Program-made: the position numbers and the translations under genes
NCBI GenBank assembly: GCA_046262595.1
Contig: JBHEMM010000003.1
Span: forward strand, 12,179-31,853
Reading direction: 5' to 3'
DNA from: Vulcanimicrobiaceae bacterium
GTDB taxonomy: Bacteria > Vulcanimicrobiota > Vulcanimicrobiia > Vulcanimicrobiales > Vulcanimicrobiaceae
Length of the DNA: 19,675 bases
Shown: positions 1 to 7,016 of the stretch, piece after piece
How the letters are laid out: every line of letters starts with the position of its first letter
Position numbering within the stretch: the first letter of the stretch is position 1
Notes under the pieces: model-generated
Told to the model about the DNA's origin: nothing
The model's database searches: none
The model's input: only the letters and a program-made list of their open reading frames with translations

Positions 1-52
1 AATGGAGTTGCTCGAACGCAGATGCAGCGGACAGCGTTAGGGCGATAAGCGG

Positions 53-1771
53 ATGCGAGGACGTTCATTGGCCATTCCCACCGAAAACCGCGACCAGCAG
101 CGGCTCGCCTTCCTCGTGCGAGCCGGCGAGATTTTCCATCAGTCGTTGGACGTCGCCGAAACACTCAACAACGTGGCGCGGCTCGCAGTGGAGTCCTTTT
201 CGGATTTGTGCTTGTTCGATCTCCTGGACGAACGTTCCGAGCGCCTTTTCGTTACCGCGGCGGCCCACCGAGATCCGGCGCTGCAGGATGCACTTGCCAG
301 TGTTGCGTCGATTTTATACGTCGAGGAGTTCGGGGTTCATCCGGTAGTCAGGGTAACCCGCACGGGCATACCGTTTTTCTTACCGCACATTGACGAAGAG
401 ACGCTGCTAAGTCACGCAGCGTCCCGCCAGCACGAACAGTACATGCGCCGATTCGCGTACCGCTCGAAGATCGTCGTTCCGGTCACCGCGCAAAACCAAA
501 TTTTCGGTGCGCTGACGTTCGTGCGGACCGGCTCGGAAAAAGAGTTCGATACGGCAGATCTCTCGTTCGCGATTGAGTTGGGCCGCCGCGCCGGGCTGGC
601 CGTCGCGAACGCGAAGCAGTTCCACCGCGAACAGTATGTGGCTGAAACGCTGCAACGCTCATTCTTGCCGCGCGACTTTCCCAGTCGTTCAAACATCGAC
701 ATGACGGCGCACTACCGTCCGGGCTCGACGGAAGCCGACGTGGGGGGCGACTGGTACGACGCATTCGAGAAGGACAACGGTGAAATTGTCGTCACCATCG
801 GCGACGTGACCGGTAAGGGCATCCAAGCCGCCCGGCTCATGGTGGTGATGCGCCACGCGATCAGGTTCGCCGCCGTAGACACTGGCGAGCCGACGGACAT
901 TGTCGAGAAGTGCAATCGCTTGTTGATGGCGGAGCACGACGACGGCCTCGCGAGCGCATTTGTCGGTGTTATTAGCCCCCAGACAGGGCGCCTGCGGTAC
1001 GTTTCAGCGGGCCATGCACCGCCGCTGCTTCGTCTGCCCGACGGCAGCATTGCAGCGTTGGAATCGCCGTCGCCGCCGCTCGGCGCATTCAAGCGCGCAG
1101 TGTTCGAGGCACATGAAATCGTATGTCCCGACGGCAGCATGCTGGCGCTCTACACCGATGGTCTGATAGAAGTCTCCCGCGATGCGTTGATTGGGGAGGA
1201 GATATTGAAGGCCGTCATATCGTCCGACGCATTCGTGCACGCGGCGAACCCGGCGGAGTTCGCAGAGCGCGCGATCGGGAGGCAAGCGCCCCGCGACGAC
1301 ATTGCGATTCTGGTCGTGCGCTTCGGACCGGCAGAGTTGCGTTGGCAGTTCGAAGCGTCCGACGCGCGGGCCGCCTACGCGATGCGCGAGCAATATTACG
1401 AGACCATCCGGGGACGGTGTGCGCCCACGGAAGACGACCTCATGACCTGCGGACTGCTCTTCTCTGAGCTCGTCGGGAACGCTGTGCGTCACGCTCCTGG
1501 CCCATTGAGCGTGACCCTAGAGTTTCGGGGAGAATCGCTCGTCCTGCACTTGATCGACCGGGGCAGCGGCTTTGATCTTGAACCAAATCTGCCGCTCGAT
1601 CTGTGGTCGGAGAACGGCCGAGGCCTGTTTCTCGTGTCTGCACTGGCACAGGACCTCTCCGTTGATCGCATTCCGGGCCTGGGCAGTCACATCGCCGCTA
1701 CGCTGCCCGTAACGTGCAGTCGAATGCGGCCCAGCGGGAACGGTGCTTCGGACGGACGCGCGCGAGTCTGA
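53..1771 (+). CDS. GAF + SpoIIE/PP2C phosphatase + C-terminal HATPase_c (RsbW-like) partner-switching regulator
   Basis: 572 aa ORF. The N-terminal region is GAF-like. PP2C motifs VGGDWYD, IGDVTGKG, SAGHAPPL, LYTDGLIE and DDIAIL are present, followed by HATPase motifs SELVGNAVRHA, DRGSG and ENGRGLFLV. Confidence 0.9.
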   Translation: MRGRSLAIPTENRDQQRLAFLVRAGEIFHQSLDVAETLNNVARLAVESFSDLCLFDLLDERSERLFVTAAAHRDPALQDALASVASILYVEEFGVHPVVRVTRTGIPFFLPHIDEETLLSHAASRQHEQYMRRFAYRSKIVVPVTAQNQIFGALTFVRTGSEKEFDTADLSFAIELGRRAGLAVANAKQFHREQYVAETLQRSFLPRDFPSRSNIDMTAHYRPGSTEADVGGDWYDAFEKDNGEIVVTIGDVTGKGIQAARLMVVMRHAIRFAAVDTGEPTDIVEKCNRLLMAEHDDGLASAFVGVISPQTGRLRYVSAGHAPPLLRLPDGSIAALESPSPPLGAFKRAVFEAHEIVCPDGSMLALYTDGLIEVSRDALIGEEILKAVISSDAFVHAANPAEFAERAIGRQAPRDDIAILVVRFGPAELRWQFEASDARAAYAMREQYYETIRGRCAPTEDDLMTCGLLFSELVGNAVRHAPGPLSVTLEFRGESLVLHLIDRGSGFDLEPNLPLDLWSENGRGLFLVSALAQDLSVDRIPGLGSHIAATLPVTCSRMRPSGNGASDGRARV

Positions 1772-1896
1772 CTTCCTCGTTGGAGTGCCGTAGCGGTCTG
1801 TTCGAGGTCCGCGCTACGCGCACCGCGTTCGGTGTGCGACGTCAAGGCGAGCACATGCATGGTCGCGGCGAGAACGGCTTCATCGAGACGCTATAG

Positions 1897-2694
1897 TTAT
1901 CGGGCCAGAGATTCGTTGTCCGTGTCTAACAATTCAATCCATGTGGGTGCATGGTCACTGGTTTTTTCTTTGGCACGCACGTCCCGATCAACGCCCGCTG
2001 CTAGCAGACGCGTGTCAAGCCTCCGACTCAAGAGCAGGTGGTCAATGCGGAGGCCGGCGTCACGGCCGAACGCATTGCGAAAATAATCCCAAAACGTGTA
2101 GATCCGCTCATTTGGATAAACGCTTCGCAGAGCATCGGTCCAGCCCTGCCCGGTGAGCCGATGAAACGCCTCGCGAACTTCCGGGCGGAAGAGCGCGTCG
2201 TCGCGCCAACTATCGGGCTTGTAGACATCCAGCTCCGTCGGCATGACATTGAAATCTCCAGCGAGGACGACCGGCACATCTTGCGCTAGAAGGTTGGCCG
2301 TATACTTCGCTAGTGCATTGAACCACGCTAGCTTATAGTCGAACTTCACGCTGGGTGCCGGGTTGCCATTCGGGACGTACAGGCACCCGATGATTATGCC
2401 GTGTACTAAAGCCTCGATGTAGCGGGACTGTCCCGGATCAGGCTCGTCCGGCAAGCCGCGCTGCGTCTCTTGCGGCGTCTCGCCGCGCGCTAAAATGGCA
2501 ACACCGTTCCAGCTTTTCTGCCCGAGCCAGATCGCACCATATCCCGCGTCGCATAGAGCGTCCTTGGGAAATCTTTCTTGGGGTGCCTTTAATTCCTGAA
2601 GGCACGCAACGTCCGGCTTTGAGCGAGCGAGCCATTCGAGCAGCACCGGCAAACGGCCATTGACTCCATTCACATTGAATGTAGCGATTTTCAT
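1897..2694 (-). CDS. xth: Exodeoxyribonuclease III (Xth/ExoIII AP endonuclease)
   Basis: 265 aa with motifs MKIATFNVN, CLQELK, YVPNG, AGDFNV, YTFWDY, GLRIDHLLLS and SDHAP. Confidence 0.95.
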   Translation of the reverse strand: MKIATFNVNGVNGRLPVLLEWLARSKPDVACLQELKAPQERFPKDALCDAGYGAIWLGQKSWNGVAILARGETPQETQRGLPDEPDPGQSRYIEALVHGIIIGCLYVPNGNPAPSVKFDYKLAWFNALAKYTANLLAQDVPVVLAGDFNVMPTELDVYKPDSWRDDALFRPEVREAFHRLTGQGWTDALRSVYPNERIYTFWDYFRNAFGRDAGLRIDHLLLSRRLDTRLLAAGVDRDVRAKEKTSDHAPTWIELLDTDNESLAR

Positions 2695-2870
2695 TAATGA
2701 ACCTATATCCAGAAGCGCGCGACTAGACGATCAGCCCGTAATCTTCCTGACCGGTATGGCGGATCGAATTGCCTAGTAAGGAGGTGTCGGCGTTCATGAG
2801 TCCGATCGCTCAGGCTTCTTGACGTTTCTGCCCCTGGGACTTCTACAGAATGAATGCGCGCCGCGCACGG

Positions 2871-4279
2871 TTAGCCGACGGAACCTTCCATTTCCATTTT
2901 AACCAGACGGTTGAGTTCCACGGCATACTCCATCGGCAGCTCCTTCACGAAGAAGTCGAAGAAGCCGTTGACGATCATCGCCGTGGCGTCGGCTTCGCTC
3001 AGGCCGCGGCTCATCGCGTAGAAGAGCTGCTCTTCGCCGATTTTGCTTACGCTGGCTTCGTGTTCGACGGTCGAACGCTGCTCGTGAATCTTCATCGTCG
3101 GTTTCGTGTCGCTGGCCGACTGCGCGTCCATGATCAGGGCATCGCACTTGACGCGTGTTTTTGCGCCGGTGGCTCCCGGATAGATCTCGACCAGGCCGCG
3201 ATACGTCGTCTTGCCGCCGTGCGCGCTCACCGATTTGTTCGTCACGACGGACGTGGTGTTCGGCGCCGCGTGAATGACCTTGGCGCCCGCGTCTTGATGC
3301 TGTCCCTCGCCGGCGAACGCCATCGAAAGGATTTCGCCGCGCGCGCCCTCGCCCATGAGGTAGATCGCGGGGTACTTCATCGTTAACTTGGAGCCGATGT
3401 TGCCGTCGACCCACTCAACCGTCGCGTTCTTGTGCGCGTACGCGCGCTTGGTCACGAGATTGAAGATGTTGCGGTACCAATTTTGAATCGTCGTATAGCG
3501 GATCGACGCGCCTTCCATGGCAATGAGCTCGACGACCGCGCTGTGCAGCGAGCTGGTCGAGAATTTCGGCGCCGTGCATCCCTCGATGTAGTGCACTTTT
3601 GCGCCCTTGTCGGCGATGATCAGCGTCCGCTCGAACTGCCCCATATTTTCCGCGTTGATGCGGAAGTACGCTTGCAGCGGCATCTTGACTTCGACGCCCG
3701 GAGGGACGTAGATGAACGAGCCGCCGGACCACACGGATGAGTTAAGCGCAGAGAATTTATTGTCGGCTACCGGGATGATCGTCGCTAAATATTTTTGCAC
3801 GATTTCCGGGTGCTCGCGCACGGCGGTATCCATGTCGCAGAACAGCACGCCCAGATCGTCGAGCTCTTTGCTGACGTTGTGATAAACGACTTCCGACTCG
3901 TACTGCGCGGAAACGCCGGACAAGAACTTGCGCTCGGCTTCCGGAATGCCCAAGCGGTCGAACGTGCGCTTAATATCGTCGGGGACGTCGCCCACGAGCG
4001 CTCGGTCTTGTCGGTGGACTTCACGAAGTAGTGAATGTCCGAGAAGTCGATCTCGCTGAGCAACGCGGTGTCGCCCCATGAGGGCATCGGCTTGGATTCG
4101 AAGACCTCATACGCTTTTAAGCGGAAGTCGCGCATCCACGCGGGCTCGTTTTTCATCGCGCTGATGTTGGCGACGATTTCGCGCGTCAAGCCCTTGTCGG
4201 ACTTGAAAACGTAGTTTTCCGTGTCGTGAAAGCCGTGCCGGTAATCTTCGGTGACGGGCATTTTTAGTTCGGTGGCCAC
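2871..4279 (-). pseudogene. sufB: Fe-S cluster assembly protein SufB, frameshifted at ~3990-3993 (sequencing error or true pseudogene)
   Basis: The N-terminal part (GTG 4279, MATELKMP...KGLTREIV...KNEPAWMRDFRLKA...TERSW) and the C-terminal part ([19 protein letters not shown]...GQFERTLII...EGCTAP...HEAS...MEGSVG) lie in different frames. The span is 1409 nt, and adding one base gives an intact 469 aa protein. Confidence 0.9.
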
Positions 4280-4314
4280 ACGTCAAGGCTACCCCTGCCG
4301 GCTACAATAGTCAA
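4280..4314 (-). promoter_or_regulatory. Sigma70-type promoter for an apparently leaderless sufB mRNA
   Basis: The minus strand reads TTGACT (4314-4309), 17 nt, TAGCCT (4291-4286), 6 nt, then GTG (4279). There is no Shine-Dalgarno sequence. Confidence 0.7.
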
Positions 4315-4339
4315 GATAGTGAAGTCGTATCTTCACTAT
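4307..4339. promoter_or_regulatory. Putative transcription-factor operator upstream of sufB
   Basis: Perfect inverted repeat ATAGTGAAG (4316-4324)-N6-CTTCACTAT (4331-4339), plus an adjacent direct copy ATAGTCAAG (4307-4315) that overlaps the -35 box. Confidence 0.6.
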
Positions 4340-4418
4340 TATTGAAGCAGCAAGCGGCCACGGTTGTGTTGCGTCGCTTAGGCGGCGACGTTCCGCACGA
4401 ACATTGCCCCGAAAATGC

Positions 4419-4447
4419 TTTACAGGGGGGGGCAGAGGGGCTATCAT
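4419..4447 (+). promoter_or_regulatory. Sigma70-type promoter for speD
   Basis: TTTACA (4419-4424), 17 nt, TATCAT (4442-4447). The predicted TSS is at ~4454. Confidence 0.7.
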
Positions 4448-4453
4448 TGACCC

Positions 4454-4647
4454 CGCACGCTCGTTTACTGCGAGTGCGCACGGTATGGGAGGCGCGCCCG
4501 AACGCGCCATCGCGGCGAGCCGCACGCGCACCGAAAAGCGCCGGTAAGAGCTCGCCGATAGGTCGGGGACGTGAAACTGCACTGCAGGCGCCAGCCGACG
4601 AGTCCGGAGGTGGGATTTCCCCCGAAAATCGAGGAGAAGAACAAGAA
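4454..4647 (+). promoter_or_regulatory. Long structured 5' leader of speD (candidate cis-regulatory RNA / uORF attenuator)
   Basis: About 195 nt lie between the predicted TSS and the TTG. Stems occur at 4454-4478, 4491-4508, 4513-4557 and 4562-4599, with two short ORFs. Confidence 0.5.
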
Positions 4648-4651
4648 TTGA
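4571..4651 (+). CDS. Putative leader peptide (26 aa, MKLHCRRQPTSPEVGFPPKIEEKNKN) coupled to speD
   Basis: GTG 4571 is preceded by AGGT at 7-nt spacing. The TGA at 4649-4651 overlaps the speD TTG start (TTGA). Confidence 0.3.
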   Translation: MKLHCRRQPTSPEVGFPPKIEEKNKN

Positions 4652-5061
4652 AGGCACTCGGAACGCACATTGTGTGCGAACTGTCGGGGTGTAACGCGGA
4701 AGCACTCACGGACGTCGATGCCGTCCACGCCATGATGATCGCGGCCGCGCGCGAAGCGCGAGCGACGATCATGGAGAGCGCTTTTCACCGGTTCGAACCC
4801 CAGGGCGTCTCGGGAACCGTCATTTTGGCGGAGTCACATTTATCGATTCACACTTGGCCGGAAAAAGGCTACGCCGCGATGGATTTTTATACATGCGGCG
4901 ATCACACCGATCCTTGGATGGCTTGCCAGCACGCGGCGCGTGTGCTCGGTGCAAAGAACATGCTGACGACGGAGTTCAAGCGCGGAATCGAAGCCAAAGG
5001 AGGCACGTTCACGCATGTCGTGACCGCGACCGAAGCGGAAGACCGGGCGAATTGCGCCTAA
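4648..5061 (+). CDS. speD: S-adenosylmethionine decarboxylase proenzyme (class 1b, pyruvoyl-dependent)
   Basis: TTG start after GAGGAG (4631-4636) gives 137 aa beginning MKALGTHIVCELSGC. It carries the self-cleavage motif ILAE/SHLSIHTWPE and DFYTCG. The ORF-track start at 4342 lies upstream of the promoter. Confidence 0.93.
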   Translation: MKALGTHIVCELSGCNAEALTDVDAVHAMMIAAAREARATIMESAFHRFEPQGVSGTVILAESHLSIHTWPEKGYAAMDFYTCGDHTDPWMACQHAARVLGAKNMLTTEFKRGIEAKGGTFTHVVTATEAEDRANCA

Positions 5062-5085
5062 CTCTTCGATAACTTCTAGGACCCA

Positions 5086-5115
5086 AAAACGGCCCGTCCA
5101 TGGACGGGCCGTTTT
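5086..5115. terminator. Intrinsic terminator after speD, potentially bidirectional
   Basis: Perfect 30-bp palindrome AAAACGGCCCGTCCA|TGGACGGGCCGTTTT followed by ATTTC, with A/T tracts on both sides. Confidence 0.85.
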
Positions 5116-5178
5116 ATTTCTGTAAAAACGAGGGCGGGCAAGCGGCTTTTGCCCTCAAGCCCGGCCGATACTGTAAGC

Positions 5179-6930
5179 GTGACGACTTTTGCTTTGCGCT
5201 TTCGAGCGGCAGCCTTTTTCATTTCCGGATGCGCGCTTACTGCGTGCGGAGGCGGCGGTACGGGAGCTTCATCCGCACCGATTCTGCCGGCGGCGGCGAT
5301 CATGCCTCAAGCGGGAACCGGGCCCGTTGCGTTCATGCAGAACAGCGGCCCGCTGACGAGCAGCGGAACGATCGTGAAGGGCGCTTCCTCCGCCATTGTG
5401 GCGGTTATGTCGGGCGCGATGCAGACCGGCAGCCAGTTTTCGGCGGACACCCTGACCGTTTCAGCCGGCGGAACGCAAACCGCCGTGCGGGCTGCGCGAA
5501 TGCCCGTCGTGCTCGAACCCGCGCATGGACACGCTCCGGAGGCCTTCGCGGCCGACGACTCCGCTTTGTTGGAGAAGCTGCGCGCGCAGGGGTCAAGCAG
5601 CGTTCAGGCGCCGGGCGCGACGCGCTCTTCGGCGGCAAGCGTCGTCCGTGCCAATGCGCTGCCCGGCGCCAAATCGTCGATCTGGGTGCAGCAAGGCGGC
5701 TATGCGTCTCGCGCCAGCGTGCAAGTTCCCGCGACGCTTTTGGCGCAAAGCGCGCACGGCAACATTTGGGTGCAGTCCACGCTCGTGTCTTCGCTCAGCG
5801 CCGACGTTCCGCAACTGACGGCGGCCTTCGAGAACGCCTACGCGTCCGACACCGCGCACTTTGCTTCGCCCGACTACGGCTCGAACGCCCCCGGCATGCA
5901 GCCGCAATACGCATCATGCTCCGCTAGCGGTTCGCATCAAGGAACGGCGCCGGCGTATATCGCGGAGCCGGCTGACCGGCGTATCAACGTGATGATCGTC
6001 GATTCGTCGGCGCTGGGCGGGTTGGGCGGATACTTCTCCGCCGCGAACCTGATGACGCAGGGCGCGCTGAATTGCTTGAACGCGGGCTATGAATCGAACG
6101 AGGCGCCGTTCATCTTCGTGGGCTGGTTTAGTTCGTACGGCGCGAGCTATGAACTCCAGGAAGACCTCGTGCGTTCGACCGCGCACGAACTGCAGCATTT
6201 AATCAACTTCGTAAATCACGCAATCTTGGCGCCGGGCGCTTCGAGCGCGTCGTTCAACGGCACCGAAGCGCAGTATATCAACGAGGGCCTCTCGATGCTC
6301 GCACAAGATTTTGCCGTGAGCCAAATGTACGCCGGCAAAGGTTTGCCGTTCGACGTGGCCGATGCGCTGCAACGCGCGCAAGCCTACCTGAACGACCCCT
6401 CGAGTTATTCGATCAGTGCTTTCAGCGGCATCGATCCATCGGGATGGGGCGGCAATGCAAGCACGGCGCAGGTGAACTGCTCGGGCGGCTGTTATGGCGG
6501 TGCGTACCTCTTTGCGCGATACTTGCGCGACCGTTTCGGAGATCAATTCACGCACGAGATGGAGTCGAGCGGCGCGACGGGCGCCGCGAACCTCCAAGCG
6601 GTCACAGGCGAGAACTACGGGCAGCTGTTCGGTGATTTCGCTCTTGCCATGGCGGCCGGGACGCTGGGCGTCGCTTCATCGGACGCACGCTTCAGCTTCG
6701 GCACGCTCAACCTCAAAGGAACGTACGCCGATCAGTTCTCCCACAGTTTGACGCTAAGCGGCATTAATGCGGCGCCGTATACCGGCGGCACAGCCACCGT
6801 GCGGGCACCGGTGGGCGGCTTCGCGTTCATGCAGATTCCTTCCGTGCCGTCCTCCGGCATGAGCGTCCAAGTAACCGATCAAGCCGCCGTCGCAGGCTTT
6901 GCTCTGTTGGGTGGTTTGGCCTCGCGCTAG
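5179..6930 (+). CDS. Lipoprotein zinc metallopeptidase, M30 (hyicolysin)-like
   Basis: Likely GTG start at 5179 (the ORF track gives 5149). The signal peptide has lipobox ALTA-C followed by GGGG. HExxH (STAHELQH), a downstream INEGLS third ligand, GGYF and YGGAYLFARYL are present. Confidence 0.75.
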   Translation: MTTFALRFRAAAFFISGCALTACGGGGTGASSAPILPAAAIMPQAGTGPVAFMQNSGPLTSSGTIVKGASSAIVAVMSGAMQTGSQFSADTLTVSAGGTQTAVRAARMPVVLEPAHGHAPEAFAADDSALLEKLRAQGSSSVQAPGATRSSAASVVRANALPGAKSSIWVQQGGYASRASVQVPATLLAQSAHGNIWVQSTLVSSLSADVPQLTAAFENAYASDTAHFASPDYGSNAPGMQPQYASCSASGSHQGTAPAYIAEPADRRINVMIVDSSALGGLGGYFSAANLMTQGALNCLNAGYESNEAPFIFVGWFSSYGASYELQEDLVRSTAHELQHLINFVNHAILAPGASSASFNGTEAQYINEGLSMLAQDFAVSQMYAGKGLPFDVADALQRAQAYLNDPSSYSISAFSGIDPSGWGGNASTAQVNCSGGCYGGAYLFARYLRDRFGDQFTHEMESSGATGAANLQAVTGENYGQLFGDFALAMAAGTLGVASSDARFSFGTLNLKGTYADQFSHSLTLSGINAAPYTGGTATVRAPVGGFAFMQIPSVPSSGMSVQVTDQAAVAGFALLGGLASR

Positions 6931-7016
6931 GCCTCAGCCGCCCGGCGAAAGCGGCGAACCCCGTGCCGATACGGTGAGCGAGGCGTTCCGCCTCTGCTCG
7001 CCAATCTAGCGGCCCT

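Noticed and set aside
1037..1140. 14-nt direct repeat CCCGACGGCAGCAT at 1037-1050 and 1127-1140
   Set aside because: There are only two copies inside the PP2C coding sequence, both encoding PDGS. It is not a CRISPR or element end.
2690..2701. 12-bp palindrome TTCATTAATGAA over the xth start codon
   Set aside because: It is short, AT-rich and occurs once. It could be an operator but has no supporting evidence.
2871..4279. Intein in SufB as the cause of the split
   Set aside because: The total length is a normal ~469 aa with no Hint or homing-endonuclease insertion.
4565..4606. Hammerhead-like words GGAC..GAAAC and CCGACGA-GTCC
   Set aside because: The core is CCGACGA rather than CUGANGA. 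There is no UH cleavage site after stem III and no room for stem I.
4540..4615. Partial resemblance to FMN (GCCGAC..AGTCCGGA..TGGGA) and c-di-AMP (GGGG..GAA.CTGCA..TGCAG..CAGC..TCCGGAGG) riboswitch words
   Set aside because: The other required conserved segments and helices are missing, and the gene context does not fit. cmscan would settle it.
4613..4628. Programmed frameshift from uORF2 into the speD frame at TTT CCC CCG AAA
   Set aside because: speD is in the -1 frame and no X XXY YYZ heptamer is present. A +1 slip at CCC-C leads to a stop rather than to SpeD.
4342..4647. 102-codon in-frame N-terminal extension of SpeD in the ORF track
   Set aside because: It begins upstream of the predicted promoter and is not SpeD-like. 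The SD plus TTG at 4648 gives the family-typical MKALG.H start.
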